From NCBI GenBank assembly GCA_964035545.1, contig CAXIUT010000010.1, positions 1-5,344 on the forward strand: a DNA stretch of 5,344 nt, read 5' to 3'. This stretch comes from Bugula neritina (lineage: Eukaryota; Animalia; Bryozoa). The first letter of the stretch is position 1. The number at the start of each line of letters is the position of its first letter. Below, piece by piece: positions 1-5,344 of this stretch. The translations under genes were made by a program, and so were the position numbers. The notes below the pieces were generated by a model. The model was not told the origin of the DNA and made no database searches. It saw only the letters and a program-made list of their open reading frames with translations.

Positions 1-87
1 CCAACCCCCAACCCCAACCCCAACCCCAACCCCAACCCCAACCCCAACCCCAACCCCAACCCCAACCCCAACCCCAACCCCAACCCC
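1..87 (+). repeat. Left telomere, (CCCCAA)n C-rich strand
   Basis: Uninterrupted CCCCAA repeats from base 1, ending in CCCC at 84-87 and followed by unique AT-rich sequence. C4A2/T2G4 is the known ciliate (Tetrahymena-type) telomeric repeat. Confidence 0.99.
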
Positions 88-119
88 TAAGATATTAAAT
101 AATGATAGTATAAACAATT

Positions 120-1075
120 TCATATATAAGTAATCTATTATCGATATAGACCTTCTCTATGATATCCTTTTTCTTCCTGCATAGCCTTCTGGCAACTCTC
201 TACTTCCTACAGCAAATCGATCTCCGAAAACACCTTTCCATCTCTGAGTCTTATCTGAATATCACTATCAGAACAAGATAGTTGAATATTTTGGTTTCTT
301 CCACTTAAAATCACAATAATAGGAAAATATAGCTTCAATGAGTTTTTTTATTTCTCTTTTACTTTTCCCTTCTTAATTATCCACTTTTCTATTGCTTATT
401 TTTTTGACTACATAGTCTTAAGAAATTATTTTTTAGTATCAACAATATTTTTGACTTTCCAGTATTCCCTTGTTTATTCTTCTTTGCGATTTATCACATT
501 ATAACTCTTTTCTGATTGACTGCTATGATTCAGAGAATTCTGGTATTTTTATAGTACTTTTGCTGATATCATCACATTTATGGCGTCATAAATTCTTCTC
601 TTTATGTTTTTTAGATCTTTCTAAGTTTCCTATATTATAATTAAAATACAAATCCAGATATGCTTTCATGCATCAGATGCTTTTCGATAGCCTAAGCCAC
701 CTAACTATGAGAATAAAAGCTGTTTCTTTAAAGGGTTTTGAGGAGCAATGACGATAAGTTTTTAAGACCTCTTCTCGAAAGCTGATCGTATTTAACCCAA
801 TCTTGAATCATAAGAGGGCGTTAGGCAGAAAAATATTGCTTTTCTAAAGATTCAGGATTGCTATCGAAGATATCTCTGTTAATATCTCCAAAGTTGATAG
901 TTTTATCGAAGTTAAAGGAATGAAGATGATATGATTAAGAGTATTTTTATAAATCTGGAACAGATTGATCTGAATTAGATTCTCTTTAGTGATTGTAGGA
1001 TTAGTTGTAGAAATAGATGTCGTTGTATGATGAGTTGAGGCCAAGCCAATTGTTCGCTGATCTTTTACTATCCAT
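120..1075 (-). CDS. E2F/DP-family transcription factor, DP-like (311 aa; exons 1075-650 and 629-120; TAA/TAG read as sense)
   Basis: ATG at 1075-1073, TGA at 122-120, with no in-frame TGA after removing intron 630-649. The translation contains RRGLKNLSSLLLKTLXRNSFYSHSXVAXAI...KDLKNIKRRIYDAINVMISAKVL, matching the DP winged-helix domain (GLRHFS...YNEVADEL...KNIRRRVYDALNVL). A coiled segment follows, then LYFPIIVI, which resembles the LPFIIV motif of the DP dimerisation domain. Confidence 0.9.
630..649 (-). other. 20-nt spliceosomal intron in the DP-like gene
   Basis: The minus strand reads GTATTTTAATTATAATATAG. Removing it (phase 0) joins the two halves of the DP DNA-binding domain in frame; keeping it leads to a TGA shortly downstream. 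Confidence 0.9.
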
Positions 1076-1265
1076 AATTTTAATTATAAAAGGAGAAAAT
1101 AACCAAAATAGCAAAGAAAGAATTTTTAATTCGAATCTAAAACAAATCAAATTACTTTTATTAGAAGTTTAATTGTTGATTTGGAGGGAACTTTCTTTGT
1201 TGATTTTAACCAAATTGTTATTCAAAATAGTATTTGTAAATAACAGAAAGCGGACTTACCCCTAC

Positions 1266-1580
1266 TCATCTCCATCTAACTCCATTCTTCTATTATCTAT
1301 CAAAATATCCACTCTTATTCATCATATTAATGATCTCTTTTATTTTTTGTTTGAGTTATTCTTGTTTATCAAGATAATTGGGTGATGATTGTTGTTTCTT
1401 TTTATTATTATTTAGTGTTTTTGGTTGGTTGTTAGTTTTAGTAAGTTTGAATTTAGTTTGTTGCAATGAATATAGTATAGAGATTTAATTAATTCGTTGG
1501 ATAAGAAATAGTTGACTATTTATATTTTAGATAATTTTTGTAAAATTAATTTAATTTATATACTTATATTTACAACCAAA
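1266..1580 (-). CDS. Possible coding exon of an unresolved small gene
   Basis: A 105-codon stretch between two TGAs encodes ...KKKQQSSPNYLDKQEXLKQKIKEIINMMNKSGYFDRXXKNGVRWR. The minus strand has coding-like A skew, but there is no clear upstream ATG without assuming an intron. Confidence 0.2.
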
Positions 1581-1755
1581 TCAATAAAAAACATCTAAGA
1601 CTAACCTTAGATAGCCCTCTTAGCTCGATAAAGATTGCTGATTATTACAATAATGTGAGTCTTATCAAATGAACCATCAGTTATCTTGAATTAATACCTT
1701 TTATAACAAAATTGTATTCATTGATGATCGATTTTGAACCAAATAAGGTAAAATA

Positions 1756-2427
1756 ATGCAGAAAAACGATATTGAAAGGAATAAACTAAAGAAAATAAGT
1801 CAATTCATACTATTTAAACTAAACAATAAGAACTTTTATAAACGAAAATGTTAGAAATAAATCTTGAATTTCTCTTATAATATCAACAATAGTCAACTTA
1901 AAACACTTCAAAGAGAAGAAATTCAAAGAGTTCTTATAAATCTAAACTGTTTAAATAGAAAAAAAGGAAATTTAGAATTTTATCTATCTTTTAAAATCAC
2001 TGATATCTCTGAAATAACAAAATAAATATAAAAAATATCAAACAATAACGAAATAACAAACAAAAATTCGCATTAGAAATGCTAATTAATACAAATTAAC
2101 TATAGTTAAAAACTGATGATCATGTAGTGCAATATATTGTTAAAGTTTATAATAAATCCATAAAATAAACTGTCAATTAAAAGTTAAAATAGTTCCTCTT
2201 TATCAAAATTAAATATCAAATCTTTTTTATCTTATTTATAGATATTTAATTATGTTAAATTCTTTACACGGCGAAATCCCAAGGTTAAAAGCATAATCAG
2301 TCGAACGAGCATACGCTTAACATAAAAAGTAAGTCAACACTAAGTAGATGTTTCAAGCAGTGTATCAGTACTTTTGAATCTGGAGCTATATCTAAACAAT
2401 AAAAGGAATGCGTGGTGGGTTGTTTGA
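1756..2427 (+). CDS. Possible hypothetical protein (TGA-free frame of 223 codons; true 3' end uncertain)
   Basis: ATG 1756 opens MQKNDIERNKLKKISQFILFKLNNKNFYKRKC...LKTLQREEIQRVLINLNCLNRKKGNLEFYLSFKITDISEITK. The next in-frame TGA is at 2425-2427, inside the Tim gene. The plus strand is A-rich like the sense strands of the other genes, but I recognise no homology. Confidence 0.3.
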
Positions 2428-2549
2428 GTAAATATCGAGAATCAGAAAAGTACATGGCCTAGAAGATTCATAAAATGATGACTGAACACGCAGCTCAAAA
2501 TCCTGACATAAATGCATTTTATAACTAAGAAGGAGGTTCAAAAAAATGA
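2252..2549 (+). CDS. Small Tim mitochondrial intermembrane-space chaperone (Tim9/Tim10-like, zf-Tim10/DDP family), 92-93 aa
   Basis: Exon 2 encodes CFKQC-ISTFESGAISKQXKE-CVVGC-LSKY, a CX3C-X15-CX3C motif with the CF and KY features of small Tims, and ends at TGA 2547-2549. ATG 2252 (MLNSLHGEIPRLKAXSVERAYAXHK) joins it in frame through an intron starting GTAAGT at 2329. The N-terminal exon is less certain than the domain. Confidence 0.85.
2329..2347 (+). other. Tiny intron in the small Tim gene: 19 nt (to TAG 2347) or 16 nt (to AAG 2344)
   Basis: GTAAGTCAACACTAAGTAG has a consensus GTAAGT donor. Both acceptors restore the frame between ATG 2252 and the cysteine motif; the unspliced frame stops at TGA 2375. 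Confidence 0.75.
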
Positions 2550-2603
2550 TGTTGTTAATTTTGTACCCACTTAAAACCTTAAATTAATTTATTCTTTTAT
2601 CTA

Positions 2604-4951
2604 TCAATAGTTGACCTTCTTCTTCTTTTTCTTAGATGTCTTTGATATCGATGCCTCAACAGAAGAACATTATTTTGATATTTTCTTATTTTTAGAATAT
2701 TTTTTGTTTTTCCATCGATCCAGTCTCGATTCTTCAATATGCCAAGTCACTCGATTTTGAGATATATTGAAGTTATCAAGAAAGTTAGTCAGGACAATTT
2801 CCTATTCAGAAGCTACTATCTTATTTTACTTCTATTGCTGAGAAGGACCAATATTTGATTTCAATTCTTTCATCTCTCTCTATATCTTTTTCCTCAGTTT
2901 TTGTTGTCTTTTGCTTATTTTAACTTATTTTTCAACAGGCTAAGGTTCCTTCTTCTATGCCTCATATTCTTACTACTTTAATTTACTCATCAGCTATCTC
3001 TTGATAAATGATTAACCGTTTACATTTTCTAAGAGCATATCTTGAATTTAGTGGGTAAACTTTTTGAACTATGCTTGCTTTTCTTGTCTTTTAGCCAGTT
3101 CTTACTTAGTGATAAAAACAGTTTTTTACTCGTCTTTGTGGTGTTTGCATCGTCCGAATTAGAAGTTTTTTATTTCTTGAACACATTTGTAACTGTTTTT
3201 ATGATGACGACATTTTCTATTCGAAAACTTATCGTTCACCATCTGAAATATCTTCTTATCTTTTTACTTCTATTTCATAAATTTTTATACCTCTCTGAGA
3301 AGTTATTACTTTTCTCTCTAAAGCTACTTTCGATACCTCTCTAACTTTTCCTTCTCCTCCTACAAATAACACTTCGAATGCTACTGACGATTTATCCTAT
3401 CATTCTGCTTAGCTATCTTCTTCTTACTCTTCTACAAATAAACTGTTATCGGCTCATCGCTATTCTTACTATGAGATATCACGAACTCTTGATTGATTTT
3501 CAAATCATTTTTATGAAGGTATCTCTGAGATATTTAAAAATTGATTTTTTCCTGATTCTAATCAATTTAATAAGGATCAAGAGAAGAATTAAAGTCATCT
3601 TAAAGAATAAATTCAGGAGGATTATCGAAATCTGCACTCTTTATATTCGATAAATCATTATTATCATTATTTTATTACACTCCAGTCGATAAAGATAACT
3701 TAGTTAAATTTTAATGCTCTTTGTTTTGATAAGGCAACTGCTCCACTTCAATTTATACATTTTATTAAATCAACTCCTCCTTGTTTTCAACTACCTTAAC
3801 ATAAGAAATACTTTAATAGCAATTTTAAGGTGAATCTTCTTGACTAGAAGTATCTTACAGCTCATATTTTAGTTATTGATTAAACTAAAAAGCTTATAGA
3901 AGTTTTGATTACTATTATTATATTTTCAACTAATCAAGCCTGTTCTGATGAATCGATTTAGAAAGTTCCTCTTTATATTTCACCTGCTCACTAGAACTTT
4001 AAGAATTTAAAAACTGATTTCGAAGCTATTCGATTGAACAGTGATCTTTATAATATCATCATTACCTATCTTTCTTTTCTTTGGATTATTATTTTGATGT
4101 CTTTTTGGATTTGCCTGGTCTTCATCAAGAGATTGTTTTACTAAATACATATATTCTTCAGGATTAAATCCAAGTGTCTTTATCATTTTAGCATTAGTCT
4201 ATATCAAATTTTTAGCCAACTAATCCTCTTAGAACTTAGTAATTTCTATTCTTCTAGAATAACCTTCATTATCAGCATTAATGAATTTACACTTACTGGC
4301 AAGTGATATGACAGGTAACATATGCATCGGCTGAAAAGTTTACGAAGACTCAGTAAAAATATCAAGTATCAAAGAACTGATCGATTGTTGAAAAGTACTA
4401 CAGTTAATATCTTTAACTGGTGCATATTCGTAGAGTATTTTCCATAAAGTATTTACTTCTTTAGTTGAATCACAAAGGTACTTGTAGAATATGATGAAAG
4501 CATTCGATAGAGGAGGATATATATTTTTAAGAGTGGGAGAGTCTGATTCTTGTTTGAATTTGGACCAATTTTTACGCCAAGAAGTACTAGTTTAAGAAAC
4601 TTTACTGAGATGATGGCAATTTGTTTTTAGAAATGAAAAGGAATGATCGACGAGATGCCTTAGTTTCCAAATGACAGTTTCGATAGTACTTTTAATGGTT
4701 TCATAGAGAGTTAAAGAAGTACAATTTTAGAATACTTTTTCTTAATGTATTTTTCTATAGAGTTCAATTTTAAGTTGGAGAGTTACTTTTTTATTACAGT
4801 AGAAGATAGATTATACTTGTTATTTTATGTATTGTTCGATGTTGATTTAAGGATTAGGCTAAGGATAGATTTGTTCGAAGGGTTGCTATTGACCACTAGG
4901 AAGACGTTATTTTATTTTGAGAGGGGGTTATTCTGGTTGTTATTCTGTCAT
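2604..4951 (-). CDS. Hypothetical protein, 775 aa, Lys/Glx-rich with coiled-coil character, probably nuclear (exons 4951-4066 and 4045-2604)
   Basis: ATG at 4951-4949 (MTEXQPEXPPLKIK...), TGA at 2606-2604. After removing intron 4046-4065 there are 776 codons (including the stop) with no internal TGA. It contains PKKRK, a C-terminal SKKKKKK and a Cys/His cluster. I do not recognise the family, and additional 3n-length introns cannot be excluded. Confidence 0.82.
4046..4065 (-). other. 20-nt spliceosomal intron in the 775-aa gene
   Basis: The minus strand reads GTAATGATGATATTATAAAG. Removing it (phase 1) links two long TGA-free frames, and it is the same length as the DP-gene intron. Confidence 0.8.
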
Positions 4952-5251
4952 GATTATCAATGAGATTTATTATTATTATTTTAGATGAAAAATATATAAA
5001 TAAAGGTTATCTCAACCATTCGCTTCAAAGTAAATAAAACTAAATAATTTGGATTTCTTTTTAGTAACATTTATAACTATAATCAATGTTTTCTTTTTAA
5101 AATAGCATCAATAAAAAATATTAATTCACGTGTGATATATTTTTGATAATATAAATGACACTACTTTCATAGTTGTCAACACTTACTAAATATAAATACA
5201 ATATTCATAGTTAATATTTTATTAATTATCTATATTTATATTAAAAATCAA
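4952..5251 (-). promoter_or_regulatory. AT-rich 5' subtelomeric leader that should contain the promoter of the 775-aa gene
   Basis: These 300 nt are all the DNA between the ATG at 4951 and the telomere. The call is positional only; no specific motif is established. Confidence 0.5.
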
Positions 5252-5344
5252 GGGGTTGGGGTTGGGGTTGGGGTTGGGGTTGGGGTTGGGGTTGGGGTTG
5301 GGGTTGGGGTTGGGGTTGGGGTTGGGGTTGGGGTTGGGGTTGGG
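5252..5344 (+). repeat. Right telomere, (TTGGGG)n G-rich strand
   Basis: Uninterrupted GGGGTT repeats from 5252 to the end, in the opposite orientation to the left tract, as expected for the other end of a linear chromosome. Confidence 0.99.

Noticed and set aside
1-87. Terminal repeats as a CRISPR array, transposon TIRs or a linear plasmid/virus end
   Set aside because: They are simple hexamer telomeric repeats without spacers, and the cargo is intron-containing nuclear genes with no transposase or polymerase.
844-1044. Supplied 66-aa minus-strand ORF
   Set aside because: It is an out-of-frame overlap within exon 1 of the DP-like gene and an artefact of applying the standard code.
1173-1385. 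Supplied 70-aa plus-strand ORF
   Set aside because: It has a non-ATG start and Leu/Ile/Phe-rich shadow composition, and the strand skew favours the minus strand here.
1466-1761. TGA read-through (UGA=Trp) at 1670 plus a 14-nt intron at 1748-1761 fusing ORF 1466 to ORF 1756
   Set aside because: It needs two unusual assumptions. The confident genes use TGG for Trp and TGA only at their ends.
2269-2276. E2F-site-like TTTCGCCG on the minus strand
   Set aside because: It is an imperfect match and lies inside Tim coding sequence.
3042-3653. Supplied plus-strand ORFs 3042-3344 and 3378-3653, which look like hydrophobic membrane proteins
   Set aside because: They are antisense shadows of the Lys/Glu-rich minus-strand gene; the Leu/Phe richness comes from complementing A-rich codons.
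120-4951. Reading the genes as pseudogenes full of stop codons
   Set aside because: All internal stops are TAA or TAG, never TGA. The domains are intact and each frameshift coincides with a GT-AG mini-intron.
4745-4963. Supplied 72-aa plus-strand ORF
   Set aside because: It is antisense to the start of the 775-aa gene.
5126-5178. E-box-like CACGTG (5127-5132) and a small TGACA...TGTCA inverted repeat (5156-5178) in the right subtelomere
   Set aside because: These are short single occurrences with no counterpart at the other end and cannot be distinguished from chance.

Overview
This is a eukaryotic sequence: a complete telomere-to-telomere ciliate macronuclear minichromosome (nanochromosome). 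It has pure (CCCCAA)n at 1-87, (TTGGGG)n at 5252-5344 and about 5.16 kb of very AT-rich DNA in between. The supplied standard-code ORF track is misleading, because TAA and TAG are sense codons here and only TGA is a stop. Read that way, with tiny GT-AG introns, three genes emerge: a DP-like E2F/DP transcription factor (minus, 120-1075, 311 aa, 20-nt intron), a twin-CX3C small Tim (Tim9/10-like) chaperone (plus, 2252-2549, 92-93 aa, 16- or 19-nt intron) and a 775-aa unknown, probably nuclear protein (minus, 2604-4951, 20-nt intron). The 1076-2251 interval may hold one or two more small genes. At conserved positions TAA and TAG fall where Glu or Asp is expected, which hints at TAR=Glu (peritrich-type, table 30) rather than TAR=Gln (table 6), but this is not settled. 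In the translations below, X marks a TAA or TAG codon.
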